Positions 1 to 14,212 of a stretch of 64,000 bases of DNA are shown piece after piece. The stretch is taken from assembly GCA_951406725.2 (NCBI GenBank), contig OX597834.1, forward strand, positions 33,418,001-33,482,000, in the 5' to 3' direction. The notes beneath the pieces are model-generated. The model had not been told where the DNA came from. It saw only the letters and a list, made by a program, of their open reading frames with translations, and ran no database searches. Made by a program: the position numbers and the translations under genes. Within the stretch, counting starts at the first letter, position 1. Each line of letters opens with the position of its first letter. Source of the DNA: Octopus vulgaris (taxonomy: Eukaryota).

Positions 1-118
1 GATTCGGCCTCAGACATACAGTGCAGCTATATATGGCCTGCTCGCTTAGCCAGCGGGGTGGCGTCATTTGAAGGCTAAAACAATGCAAAGCGCATTGTGG
101 CCAGCGATGTGTAACATC

Positions 119-149
<31 letters not shown>

Positions 150-525
150 TCTTTTATTCATTTGACTGCGGCCATGATGGAGCACTGCCTTTAGTCGAAC
201 GAATCGACCCCAGGACTTATTATTCGTAAGCCTAGTACTTATTCTATCGGTCTTTTTTGCCGAACTGCTAAGTTACGGGGACGTAAACACCAACATCGGT
301 TGTCATGCGATGGTGGGGGGTACAAACACACACACATATGCATATATATATATATATATATATACGACGGGCTTCTTTCAGTTTCCGTCTACCAAATCCA
401 CTCACATGACTTTGGTCGGCCCGAGGATATGGTAGAAGACACTTGCCCAAGGTGCCACGCAGTGGGACAACATGGAACCATGTAGTTAGGAAGCAAGCTT
501 CTTACCACACAGTTACGCTTGTGTC
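150..525 (-). mobile_element. tRNA-derived SINE family A (CORE-like segment, internal CA/TA microsatellite)
   Basis: Reverse complement of the 6038-6450 copy. Confidence 0.85.
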
Positions 526-1746
526 TCGGTATGCATGTGTATATATATGTATGTGTATATGTGTGTATATATATATGTATATACACACACACATACACAC
601 ACACACAAAATAACCAATATGAATGTTGGTTGGTTTTCTTCTGTCACGTTTTACATCATGTAGAGACAGGATGAAAAAATGGGAAGCAGAGAGGAGGCAT
701 ACAATATGTGTACATACTAGGCTTGACTGCAGGCAAGGAGTAAATGAATGCTACGCACATACACACACATGGAGAAAAAGGAAGAGAAAGTGTGTTTGTG
801 TTTATAAAGAGAAAGAGAGAGAGAGAGAGAGAAAGTGTGTGTGTGTGCGACTGAGACAGCACCAAGAAAATTGATAAAAGTCAAATGATTGTATTTCCTG
901 TTATTTTCCCATGGTCTATACTTGCAAAATTACCCATCCATCATATGACAGGTAATACTTCAGCATATATAAATAAACTTCCAACAGAACAGAAGCAAAT
1001 ATTAATAAACTAGCGTTTGGTTGCACTGAGCTAAGAAAAAGGAAGAAAAAAAAGCTATTAAACCTATAAGCGTAGAGAAATACATAATACCATCTATTAT
1101 TGTGTATGTGTGTATACTATATATAAATATATATACAATTTCATTTGATATTTAAAAATATAAAAGGTTTTGCCCTCATAAACCATCTACTGGTAACTTT
1201 TTATAGCAACTCATCCACACAAGGATGTATATATGTATGTGTATATATATATATGTGTGTGTGTGTGTGTATATATATACACACACACATATATACACAT
1301 ATATACATATATATGTATTTGTGTATATATGTCTATGTATCTCTCTCTCTCTGTATCTATCTATATATATATATCTTAAATGGAAGAAGTATTTTACGCT
1401 TGAATGAAAGAAACGGCCAGTAGTTGTGTATAAGGTGTCAAAAACCAGAATAGTTTATGTTTACAGAAGTCAGAGTGGCAAAAAAATCTCTGCAAAAGTC
1501 CACCAAACTCGAGAATTTTGAAAATCTGTTACTTAAAAAAAATTCCGATATTTTCTTTTTGTCTTTTATTTTATACTTGTTTCATTTACTGGGACTGCGG
1601 CCATGCTGGGGCATCACTTTGAGTTTGTTTTTTTTGGTTTTGGCTCCTTGCCACTCATGCCTCATTCCAACTTCTTCCTCTTCTCATTATTTCAACATAC
1701 CTTAACCATTTAGGTCAGATACATTTTTTTTCTCTCTTCATCTGTC

Positions 1747-1782
1747 CTTTCTGAAGAAGAGCATAGACTTGAAATGTTAAAA
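1747..1782 (+). ncRNA. Decayed minimal hammerhead motif
   Basis: CUUU-CUGAAGA-A-GAGC-AUAG-ACUU-GAAAUGU-U-AAAA. Same architecture as the 32665 copy, with helix II weakened. Confidence 0.45.
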
Positions 1783-2507
1783 ATCTCTTCCTTTTTCATG
1801 AAAGAATGACAAACAAGGTGTACTAATGCACACTATTTGTTGTTCTTTCACTTCATTTTTTTTTGTATTTTTGTATTTTTAGACCATGCTCTTTTTAAAA
1901 CCTGGTACTTGTATTATCGGCCTCTTTTGGCTGAGTTACTAAGTTATAGAGCTGGAAAGCCAGAGGACTTCACCAAGCTCCACTGTCTGCTTTGGCATGG
2001 TCTTTACAGCTTGATGCCCTTCCTAATGCTAACCACTTCACACAGTGGACTGGGTGCTTTCATGTGTAACCAGTACCGGTGAGGGCTGCTTTGGCATGGT
2101 TTTTACAGCTTGATACTCTTCTTAATGCCGGTTACCTTACAATGTAAACTGGATGCCCTCATGTGGCACCAGAACCAGCAAGGTCTGCTTTGGAATGGTT
2201 TTTATTGCTTCATGCCCTTCCAAATGCCAACCACCTTACAATATAAACCAGATGCTTTTTACATGGCACCAGCACCAGTGAGGTCACCACGTAGCTTGTA
2301 AGACAAAGATCCTGATGTGCTTCTTTCAGTTTCTGTCTACCAAAATTCACTTGCAAGACTTTGGTTGTCCTGGGGCTATAATAAAAGACAAGGTGCCATG
2401 CTGTGGGACTGAACCCAGATTCATGTAGTTAGGAAGCAAACTTCTTGCCATAAAAAAATTGTTAATTTGATATTTATGTGTGACAAGTTTATATTTTTGG
2501 TTTTGGT

Positions 2508-2845
2508 AAGTTGGGTTCAGTCCCACTGCATGGTACCTTGAGCAAGTGTCTTCTACTATAGCCACGGGCTGAACAAAGCCTTGCAAATGGATTTGGTTGA
2601 TAGAAACTGAAAGAAGCCCTTTGTATATATATGTATATATTTATGTGCGCATGTCTTTTTGTTCCCTCACCATTGCTTGACAACTGATGTTGGTGTGCTT
2701 ATGTCCCTGTAATTTAGCAGTTCAGCAAAAGAAACCGATAGAATAAGTACTAGGCTTACAAAGAATAAACCCTGGGGTCGATTTGTTCGACTAAAGGCGG
2801 TGCTCCAGCATAGCTGCAGTCAAATGACTGAGACAAGTGAAATAA
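2508..2845 (+). mobile_element. SINE family A, head-to-head with a partial - copy at about 2318-2450
   Basis: Aligns by eye to 6038-6450 from the B box onward. Confidence 0.8.
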
Positions 2846-3836
2846 TAGTTTTTAAAAAAAATAGTTATGGACAGAAATCTTCAGTTCTTGCACTAAACAC
2901 TTGTGATTAGTTTAAATCTTCATTTTGTTTTGAATTAATCATTCATTATCTTGTAGCTTTGTGATTTCGATGATGTGATTCTATATTTTTAGAATGACAT
3001 TGTAGAGTAAGTGAGAGAAGCCTGATCTGGCCAGTTTGACCAGAAAACAGGTGGAATATTTGGGCCAGATTTACTCTTTACTCTCTTTTACTTGTTTCAG
3101 TCATTTGACTGTGGCCATGCTGGAGCACTGCCTTTAGTCGAGCAAATCGACCCCGGGACTTATTCTTTGTAAGCCCAGTACTTATTCTATCGGTCTCTTT
3201 TGCTGAACCGCTAAGTGACGGGGATGTAAACACACCAGCATCGGTTGTCACGCAATGATCAGTTTAAATGCTAATGAGTTTTAAAAAAATGAGTAAGAGA
3301 AAAGAAAACCCCCGCCACATTTTAAATTTAACTATCAAACAGGTGGGGGGGGGTAACTCTAGACATGGTTTGGTTGTTTAAGTTGACACTGTCAGTGAAG
3401 CGTGGTTGTCAATGTACTTGTCAACTTGAGAGATGAATGAATATATAAAAATTGACCTACAATTGAGTTTTTGTTTTTTAGTCCCCCATTCATTTTTCTT
3501 TTAGCTGTGTTTTCTTTTGTTGGAATATCTCCTTTCTTAATCTTTCCCCATTCAAAAAAATTCAATTATACTCTTTTTCCTCTCTCTATAGAAATAAATA
3601 ACTTACATTGTTGAAATGTGTAGCTTTCAGAGGCACCTGCAGTTCACCTTTGAACTACTGACTTGCACCTGAGAATAATAATGATTCCTCATATTATAAG
3701 TAGTAAGGTGATGATGAACTGGTAGAATTGTTAGCAAGTACTTAGCATCATTTCTTCCGGCTCTTTAAGTTCTGAGTTCAAATCCTGCCATGGTCAACTT
3801 TGCCTTTCATCCTTTTCAGGTTTTACAGAATAAGTA

Positions 3837-4069
3837 TCTATTTCTTTACTACCCACAAGGGGCTAAACACAGAGGGAACAAACAAGGACAGACAAACAGA
3901 TTAAGTCGATTACATCAACCCCAGTGCGTAACTGGTACTTAATTTATTGACTCCGAAAGGATGAAAGGCAAAGTCGACCTTGGCGGAATTTGAACTCAGA
4001 ATGTAACGGCAGATGAAATACGGCTACGCATTTCGCCCGGCGTGCTAACATTTCTGCCAGCTCGCCGCC
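3837..4069 (-). mobile_element. tRNA-derived SINE family B inserted into an older + strand family B copy
   Basis: Flanked by a 15-bp TSD TTTACAGAATAAGTA (3822-3836 and 4070-4084). Confidence 0.87.
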
Positions 4070-4527
4070 TTTACAGAATAAGTACCAGCTAATAATTGGG
4101 GTTGATGTGGTTAACTAGACAACTCTCCTAAAATTTCAGGCTTTGTGCCTAGAGTAGAAAACGCAAGCTGGCAAAATTGTTACTGCCCCAGACAAAATGT
4201 CTGTCCTTACATTCTGAGTTCAAATTCTGCCATGGTCAACTTTACCTTTCAGTCTTTTGGAGTTGATAAAATAAGTACCAGTTAAGCACTGGGGTCGATG
4301 TAATTGATTAACCCTCCATCCCAAAATTTCAGGCCTTGTGTCTATAGTCGAAAAATAAGTATAAAATAAGTATTGGTGTCAATGTAATTGACTTACCCCC
4401 TCCCCTCAAAATTTCTGGCCTTGTGCCTAAATTTCAAGCATTATTATAAGCAATAAATAAAGTATGGAAGAAAGGAGCATACATTTAATTATATTGACTT
4501 TAGTATTTTGACTAGTATTTAATTTAT

Positions 4528-4748
4528 TGGTCCCAGTATATAAATGGATGTTGATCCCTTTTGACTGGTCCCAGTACAGATGGATGTTGATCCCGTTTTG
4601 ACTGGCCCTGGTATAGATGGATGTTGATCCCTTTTGACTGGTCCCAGTATAAATGGAAGTTGATCCCTTTTGACTGGTTCCAGTATAGATGGAAGTTGAT
4701 CCCTTTTGACTGGTTCCAGTATAGATGGATGTTGATCCCTTTTGACTG
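4528..4748. repeat. 36-bp minisatellite, about 6 copies
   Basis: Unit TTTTGACTGGTYCCAGTATAGATGGAWGTTGATCCC. Confidence 0.9.
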
Positions 4749-6037
4749 TAGTAGTTGAAAGACTGAGTTTTTAAAAATATATGTGATAACTTTTATAAAT
4801 CCTAACCTGAAAAACTTTTGAAAAAGGGAAATCAAAAAGTGGAAAATATCAGAAAGTAGCGTGTGTGCATGCATGTGTGTGTTTGTTTGTGTGTGTGTGT
4901 GTGTGACCCCCACCTTTTTTTCTTGCAGTATTGTAATCTTCAATGCTTAACCCTATCCGGCTGAAACATTCTACCTATTTTACATTCAATCTAACTAGAT
5001 CAAGCCTCTCACACCAACCCTACAATGTCATTCTAGAAATAAACCGTCACATCATCAAAATCTCAAACCTACAAGATAATGTATGATTAATTGGAAATAA
5101 TGGGAATAAATAAGGATTACATTTGACAGTAATCTGAATATGCTAAAGGGTTGAAGCAGTTATTGCACACCCGAAGAATTTAAGGTTTTGCTTTGCTAAA
5201 TAATTTCTGACTCTGTTCTTTAGGAATGCCTGTATATGTATGCATGCATACATACATGCACACATACAGTATTCCTAAATTATCTTTACAACTTCCACAA
5301 TTTATTGTAGCTATTAAAGTCGAGCTCCACCAATCAAATTGTATTAGAAACATCAGAACATGTGGAAGTGTTCTGATATTTCGTTCTGATGTTTCTAATA
5401 AAACTTCATTTCTTTGCCTCTGTTTTCTAATAAATTCTGCTGAGTTATCTTTATTCATTTTTCTCTGAATTTTTCAAATTGTAAAGGTAATTTATGGACA
5501 CCCAGTATAACATATCCTTATCCATGCTTGCATGGGGTGGACAGTTTATTGAGGCAGATTTTCTACAGGTGGATGGATGCCCTTCCTGTCACCAACCCTC
5601 ATCTTTTTCCAAGCAAGATAATATTTCCCCTCCTATGGCCGGACATGTTTTTGCTGAATATTGGAAATGAATTACACTGCTTTTATGACAGTGACACTCA
5701 TTTACTAAATTTGAAACAATATTATAAGCAATAAATGTCACAACAAAAGGACACAAACATAAATACGCACCCACACACACAAACATCTGACTGGTTTCTT
5801 TCCGTTTCCAAAGTTTACCAACCAATGTGTCACACAGTGGGGCTGAACCCAAAACCATGCAGTTTAGAAACCAATTTCTCAACCACACAGCTACACCTGC
5901 ACCATTATAATACATACATACACTTCTGCACAGTATTTGCATTTTACTGTTACCCATGCAAACCCTCACTAATTTTCTGATTATTCCAGACTTAAATCTA
6001 GATCTATATATAACTTCGCAAGAAAAACACTAATATA

Positions 6038-6450
6038 GGTGCAGGAGTGGCTGTGTGGTAAGTAGCTTGCTTACCAACCACATGGTTCTGGGTTCAGTCC
6101 CACTGCATGGCATCTTGGGCAAGTGTCTTCTGCTATAGCCTCAGGCCGACCAATGCCTTGTGAATGGATTTGGTAGACGGAAACTGAAAGAAGCCTGTCG
6201 TATATATGTATATATGTATGTGTGTGTATGTTTGTGTGTGTATGTTTGTGTGTCTGTGTTTGTCCCCCTAGCATTGCTTGACAGCCGATGCTGGTGTGTT
6301 TATGTCCCCATAACTTAGCAGTTTGGCAAAAGAGACTGATAGAATAAGTACTGGGCTTACAAAGAATAAGTCCCGGGGTCGATTTGCTCGACTAAAGGCG
6401 GTGCTCCAGCATGGCTGCAGTCAAATGACTGAAACGAGTAAAAGAGAGTA
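6038..6450 (+). mobile_element. SINE family A, full-length reference copy
   Basis: Pol III A box TGGCTGTGTGGTAAG and B box GGGTTCAGTCCC, CORE-like CTTGGGCAAGTGTCTT, internal (TA/TG)n, 3' end CAGTCAAATGACTGAAACGAGTAAAAGAG. Many further full or partial copies in the window. Confidence 0.88.
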
Positions 6451-8150
6451 ATGTGTTCTAACAGTTGGCGCCATACACAAAGCTGACAGCTAAAGCATTA
6501 CTCAAATTAAACAACTGGATTATATCCTGGTTCTATGAGCCTAAGTAGTTCACAGGAGAGCTAAGTCCATTACATAGAACAAGTGGATTATGTAAAGTCC
6601 ATTACATAGAACAAGTGGATTATGTACTGATTAAATAAGCTTTAGAAGTTCACAGGGCAGCTAAATCCATTAAAGTTCATGAATGATTTTCCAAAGACCC
6701 ATAAAGCCTAAACAATAAACCAACATCTTTATGTATTCCTGGAATTAATTCTCTACCAATTTATGCTATTTCATGGTAAGCTTTTAACTCATTATCCATC
6801 ATGGCCTGTTCCTGGAACTTAACAATGACTCCATTTATTTTCAGTTACACTGCATTTTGCTTAATTTCAAGGAAATGCAATGTTTTTTTCATTTTCCCAA
6901 TATTTCATAATTAAACTTTAATATTTAGCATTTATGTCATTTAGATATCCTTGGAACCATGTCAAAGATACAGAATAAAATATTTCCTCAAATTACTCCT
7001 GCTGGTGCCAGCATGGGGGATTTGGCGCTTTATGTGCTACCAGCCTAAATGCACCCTTGCTGGTGGTACATAAAAACCACCCAACGCATTCTGTAAGTGG
7101 CTGACATTAGGAAGGGCATCTGGCCATAGAAACCATGCCAAAACAGACAATTGGAGTTTGTATGCTTATCATCATCATCATCAACATCGTTTAACATCCG
7201 TTTTCCATGCTAGCATGGGTTGGATGGTTCAACTGGGGTCTGGGAAGCCTGAAGGCTGCGCCAGGCCCAGTCTGTTCTGGCAGTGTTTCTTATCTGTTTA
7301 ATTGTCAATGGAAAGGCATTATCAATTATTAACATTTTTAGTGGTCTGTTTCTTTCTTCTTTTGAAATAATTTATGTATCACTACATCAACCAGACTATT
7401 GGATGTTATACATCACTGATCACGGTGCCCTTCCCTGCTAGCATTGTTTCAGTTTTCAAATGATACCATCCTGTTGGTTAAGTGAGCGGACCAACATTCC
7501 CACTTAACAGAATGGTTATTCGTCGCGGGGTTACCTGCCACTGAGTGGATTGGAGCAATGTGAAATGAATTGTTTAGCTCAAGGACTCAACATGCAGCCA
7601 GTCTGGGAATGGAAACCATGACCTTGTGATCATGAGTGCAACTTCTTAACCACTGGGTCATGCACCTTCACACACACACATTTGAAAAGAGTTATCTGAA
7701 TGCTAAAAAGTTAAACATTGATTGATTATGAAGGTCCACTCAGGTGAAACAGGAACCAAAGAGGCCCATAAAAAGTTAGTTACCTTTTTGAGCCATGCTG
7801 ACTCATAAGGGCCGGTTTCCATGGTGTATAAATTCCCCTCCTGGATGGGATGCTGATCCATCACAGGATTACTCACTTTTGCCAGCTGAAGTGTTTTGTT
7901 CTAGCACACAATCTGCCACCCAGCCCAGGAATCGAAACCAGAATCTTACGGTCATGAGTCCAACACCCTAACCATTTAACCACGTGTCTCCATGAAAAAA
8001 AAAAAACAGGTCTACAGGTATAAAATGGTTGGGAAACACTGATCTAAGATAATTATCTGGCCAAATGCATGTGATGTAATGTGTTGAGGCTGGACAATTA
8101 GATTATTGGTACATTTCATGTAACTGACCTCTATGTAGCTTGAGGTTATG

Positions 8151-8182
<32 letters not shown>

Positions 8183-9683
8183 TAACTTGTCCAAGTATTC
8201 ATGTACTGAGATTGATCTTGGAACCTTATGGATATCAAGCAAACTTCTTGACCAATAGGCTATGCATCCATATTACACACACAGACACATATGCACATAC
8301 ACATACTGGGGGCAGGGTAGAGCCAACTTTGAGAACCTATGGAATAATTTGAATACTAAAGGATGAAGTCACGGGTGAGCCTACTCTGTCAAAAATGACA
8401 GGGATTCAGACAGACATTGAAAGCTCTTCATATTCATGACTTAAGCCAAGAAATGTGGAAAATGTCTGGAAGTTGCTTGTCCACAATTTAGTTTTTTTTT
8501 TAGTTCATTTTGTGAATGATGTTGCTAACGAAAAGCCTTTGAAATTTGCATCCCTAAGAAAAGATGACTCGTAGGTTATGGCCTTCTAGTTTTAACATTG
8601 AACTATATGTGAACAATGTGTGCTCATCTGTTTTCCATTCTGGCATGGGTTGGACAGTTTGACAGAAATTGGCAAGCCAGAGGGCAGTACAAGGCCCCAG
8701 TTGTTTGTTCTAGCATGGTTTCTATGGTTGGATACCCTTCCCAATGCCAACCACTTTATAGTGTACTGGGTGCTTTAACATGACTCTGGCACAGATGCTA
8801 TTATGTGGCACCAGAACGGGTGCATTTATGTGCCACTGGTACAGATGCTTTTTACATGGCACTAGCAACCATGAGCCCACAAGATTAGGCTCACTCAGCC
8901 GAAGAGGGATGTAGGGGACATGCCTGTATGTATAATATATATGCACACACAACAACCTTCTTTCATTTTCTATCTACCCAATCCCTTCACAAGGCTTTGG
9001 TTGGCCTAGGGCTAAAATAGGAGACATTTGCCCTGGGTATCACACAATGGACTTGAACATGGTTAGGAAGTAAACCTCTTATCTACACAGCTATATCTAT
9101 ATGCTTGCATATGTGTATATATGTAGATATATAATATCATACATGTATATTGACATAAGATCATATGTACACACACACGCATATATATTTAAGATCATAT
9201 AAATATGATCCCGTGTGTATATATCTCGGTATATTTATATAAGATCATATATTCATATGTATATATGTGCATATATACAAGAAATTACGTAATGGGAGTC
9301 GGGTTATGTGAAAATCCTTATTTTCTTCTTTTCCCATAATCCCTTTGAACAAACAAGTCATATCCAGTATCATCGAATGAATAAATGAGTTTCAACTCCC
9401 ACCATTTGTTCACCCAGTAGACAAAAACAAAAAAAAATCTGGCCGAATGGAGCAGAAATTCATTTCATTTTATCAAAATTTTCTCGAGCTATTTTTCGTT
9501 TTTTTCTCAGACTTTTTAGTTCAGAAAAATCACTGCCTCCCACTCACCCCATAATTATTATTATTATCATTATTATTAGTATTATTATTTGGCAGGTCAC
9601 ATCATCATTAATAATGTCCGCTCCCTAGCTCCCCAAATTACTTTGACCTTTTCGCTCAGGAGCAGTCTGTTTTAAACACTTGT

Positions 9684-9726
<43 letters not shown>

Positions 9727-9852
9727 AGAAGTGTGTATTTGTATTTTGCATACAGTTTTTCCCCTGTCACCCTATCTATCAATTTATTCAGTTGTTGACC
9801 TTCATAAAGATCTATCTTGAAAGCTGAAACAGTATAGCACCACCGCCATTAC

Positions 9853-9900
<48 letters not shown>

Positions 9901-10328
9901 TCCCTCCTGATCGCTGCTGCATCTCCTATACTAAATCTCAGCGAGGTGATGGCCATCGCTCATGCCATTTGTCAATTCATATTGCCATTTAATATCTGTT
10001 TTCCATTCTGGTATGGGTTGAACAGTTCAACAGAAGCTGCCAAGCCAGAAGACTGTGTCAGGTTTCAGTATACACTTCAGCCTGGTTTCTATGGTTGGGT
10101 ACCTTTCTTGATGCTAACCATTTTACAGTGTGTAACGAGTACTTGTTTTATGTGGCACCAGCACCAGTGAGGCAACCAAGTGTCTTACAAGACGATATAC
10201 CACTAAGTGCGTAATCCAAATAAATCTGCCCTTCGCCATAGAGCCTTTATCAGGGTTCAAGTTTAGGATTCCATGTTGTAGAATAGTTACAGTTTTGAGA
10301 AAAAAATGCCTTGTGGTGTTTCTTTAGT

Positions 10329-10672
10329 TACTCTTTTACTTGTTTCAGTCATTTGACTGCGGCCATGCTGGAGCACCGCCTTTACTCAAGCAACTCGACC
10401 CCGGGACTTATTCTATTGGTCTCTTTTGCCGAACCGCTAAGTGACGGGGACATAAACACACCAGCATCGATTGTCAAGCAATGCTAGGGGGACAAACACA
10501 AAGACACACATATATACATATATACAACGGGCTTCTTTCAGTTTCCGTCTACCAAATCCACTCGCAAGGCTTTGGTCGGCCCGAGGCTGTAGTAGAAGAC
10601 ACTTGTCCAAGGTGTCACGCAGTGGGACTGAACCCGGAACCATGTGGTTGGTAAACAAGCTACTTACCACAC
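10329..10672 (-). mobile_element. SINE family A
   Basis: Reverse complement of family A with CpGs largely retained. Confidence 0.85.
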
Positions 10673-12118
10673 GCTTTGATTTCAAATTCCACCTAGGTCA
10701 ACTTTACCTTTCCTCTTTTCATGGTTGATAAAGTAAAGTACGATTTGAGTCCTGAAGTCGATGGTATCAGTTTACTTCTACAGTTCTTGTCTTGTGCCAA
10801 CATTAGAAACATTTATTTAAAAAGGCACCAGAAAAAAATGCTTTGTGATGTTTCTTCCAGCTCTTGTGTGTTCTGTGGTTAAATCTTGCCATGATCAACT
10901 TTGCATTTTACCCCACCTGGGGTCAATAAAATAAAAGCATCAGCTAAATGTGGGGTGGGTGGGTGTGGACAATGGGATTGAGAAAACTCTTATTCCATCC
11001 CCCTAAATTTCAGCCCTTTTGCCTTTATTAGAAACAATTTGTGATGATATCAAATCTTTTCACTTTTTTCTTATAGGCGTGTGTGTGTGTGTATAATCCC
11101 TCACTATTCGTATGTGTGTGTGTGTGTATATATGTATGTATACACACACACACACACACGTACACATATAATGTACAGGTGTGGCTGTGTGGTAAGAAGT
11201 TTGCTTGCCAGCCACATGGTTCCTAGTTCAAATCCAGTGTGGCACCTTGGGTAACGTATCGTCTATTTCCCCAGGGCAACCAAAAAGACTCACGAGTGAA
11301 TTTGGTAGACAGAAACTGAACCCCTCCCCCACACGTATATGTATGTGGATGGGTGCCTTTGTGTTGTCCCCACCCCTATTGCATGACAACACGTATTTGT
11401 TTGTCTGTGTCTCCCAATACGTAGCGATTCAGCAACAGAGACCAGACTTAAGAAAAAAATAAGTACTGGGGTTAACTTGTTAGACGAAACCCTTCAAAGC
11501 GGTGCTGCATCATGGCCGCAGTCAAATGACTAAACCAATCAAAAGATAAAAGATTCAATCTTGTGCGTTTTTTTGTTATTTCTTAAAAATTATCCTGAGA
11601 ACTAAGAGACTACATTACGAAACACGAGGTTTCTGATTTTGTATTTTGAGGGAGAAAAGTTGCTATTTTTAGCATGGAGCAGGGTTTATTAACCTCCTTT
11701 CTCTGTATTTCCTCTACCGCTCACCCCTTTACCAGTTCAACATCCTGTTATCTCCCCCAAATTACGATAAGGAGAAAGTAGTCATCTTAACAGTTTATTG
11801 CATAATTCGAAAAGCCTTGTATTATATCATCAAGCATCCTTCAAACCAACATTAAGAGCGGGGGAAACTGTAAGAAAACAGGACGAATAATGAAGAAGTT
11901 TTTCAGCCCCAAAATAAATATCTTCTTAGTATCTTAAAATTTCCTTCATTGGGGTAGGGAGTTCTTTCTAATTTATGAATTAGAGGACACAAAAGACCAT
12001 TTTCTTATTGTTATTTGACCTCAAATTACTAGACCCTGATTGAACCGACCTTAATAATCAAAGGCAGTTCATTTGAGCCCACCTGATACCATTTTAAGGG
12101 TATCACGGTATCGAAAAA

Positions 12119-12349
12119 GGTGGCGAGCTGGCAGAATCGCTAGCGCGCTGGACGAGACGCTTAGCGGTATTTCGTCTGTCGTTACGTTGTGAGTTCAAAT
12201 TCCGCCGAGGTCGACTTTGCCTTTCATCCTTTCGAGGTCGATAAATTAAGTACCAGTTACGCACTGGGGTCGATGTAATCGACTTAATACCTATGTCTGT
12301 CCTTGGTTGTCCTCTCTGTGTTTAGCCCCCTGTGGGCAGTAAAGAAATA
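12119..12349 (+). mobile_element. SINE family B, full length
   Basis: GGTGGCGAGCTGGCAGAATCG A-box region, GAGTTCAAATTCC B box, GCCTTTCATCCTTTCGAGGTCGATAAA central motif. Imperfect TSD GGTATCGA(A/G)AA. Confidence 0.87.
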
Positions 12350-14212
12350 GGTATCGAGAATTATATTATCAAATGTGTCTTCTTCTCTCTCTTGGAGATT
12401 TGACGGCTATTTCTAACATATCAAGCGGTTACGTGGAGGTTCCACTTCCAACTGCTTAAAAAGCTGGAGAATAATTTTCTGCGACCTGGAGAGAAAACCT
12501 TTTAGCCATTTCTCAGGTTATTTAGGCCTGACATTTCGTAAGGTCTCCTTTCTTCTCTTCTCCTCTTCCCTACTGTTCATCAAAACGCCATCTGTCAAAA
12601 ATCCCTCGTAATTTTGTGTCCTTAGCGCGCACGAATGAAAGGGTGTCAAGCCTCCTGAAAAGACTTGGCTGTGACGCTGATAGCGATAGAAATAGTTGGT
12701 GGAGGGAGGTGGTGGTGGTGATGACGCTGGATTAAGTTTGGTGGCGGTGATGATAGCGATGGAGTGTGATGGTGGTAGTGGTGATGATTTTTGCGTTGGG
12801 CTTTGTCATGGCTGTTATTCAGCTCCTGATTCAACACTTGATTGAGTAGGTGTCCTCTGTTTAGTATCAAAGGCACTTCAGATGTGACCATCCCTCACGT
12901 TTTATATCTATTTTTATTTTCAGAACAATATATGTATTCATTGTATTAAAAAACAGCACCCCCCCCCCCCAAAAAAAACCCGTTGGGTTTGAGTAGGATT
13001 TGGTTGCTATTTAGACTCGGGTTAGCAATGATCAAGCAAGCCTGACTACTCCGTCTTTATTTCAGAAATGTACTCCTGACTACATTCCCTAAATGTAACG
13101 CCCACTCTTTTCTTTGGAGACAGCAGGATATGGTTTGAGGGAGATTTCCATATTTTCTGACTGGGTAAAAATGATAAAACTTTAAAACCTCTATAACTTT
13201 TTAAAAGATTTTTGTAGAAAAAGTGAATTATCTCTTGAGATTCAGCGTGGAAAATTACATTAATACACCATATTTTAAAATTTTTCACTAGACTTTAAAA
13301 GTTCCACAGGTGCAACCAAACAGAAAAAAACCCGATTTGGTTTGCTATTTCTAGGCAGGTCCAGCGCCGTCATAAGACACAAGACAAATTGGGCAGTTGC
13401 CCTGGGGTCCCACAAGTCTAAGGACCAAATCCTGATCCATGTATACTGTCAAATACTACAGGGCCCGTTCACTGATTTGCATAGGAACTCCACAGGTCTA
13501 GAAGTGGGCAGTTGCCCTGGGATTCCACTGGTCCAGGGACCCAATTCTACAGGGCCCTGTGCATTGATTTGCATTTGAGCTCCACAGGTCTAAGGGTTCA
13601 TTTCTGATCTATGTATGCTTTCAATAAATAAATATTTAGGGCCGAGTGTAATGATATGCTCGGGGGCCTGTCATGCAGCTAAAACGCCTCGGGACAGGTC
13701 GAACGACCATCTGTGGGGCTCCCTTATTAGTTCGTGAGGGATTCATATCAGTTATAGTTGTATAGCCCCTGGTCGTCCCTGTTGCACACTATGGCACCCA
13801 CGTAATCAGCTGACTGAGAAGGCGCCACTCACGAATTCTTTTACTCTTCTCTGTTTTATATCATGGTGATTGTCACTGTTATTTAACCCCAGGTGGGGTT
13901 TGATCGAGTAGGCATTCCAGCCCTAACTGTCCCCTTTTTATGTGTGGTGCATTTAGAACTTATATAATCCAATGTATCACTTTATTTTCTTGGGATTTGA
14001 GAGATACTCGGCTGCGCTTACTGGCAGATCAGACGATTTGCAGAGGCTTAACGGTGCTAAAGACAAAGCCTCTATGCGATGTTTTTCGATCTGCTAGAAA
14101 AAACAGCTTAGTTCCTCACATTTCACGTATCTTTCCCTTTTCCACCACAGTCTTAGAAAGGGAGACATCGAATAATAATGATAGTGTGGTCCTAGTTTCC
14201 TTGACTCTAGTG

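Noticed and set aside
4524-4943. 139-aa ORF with QSKGINFHLYWN repeats
   Set aside because: Translation of the 36-bp minisatellite plus a CA repeat, with no splice or domain support.
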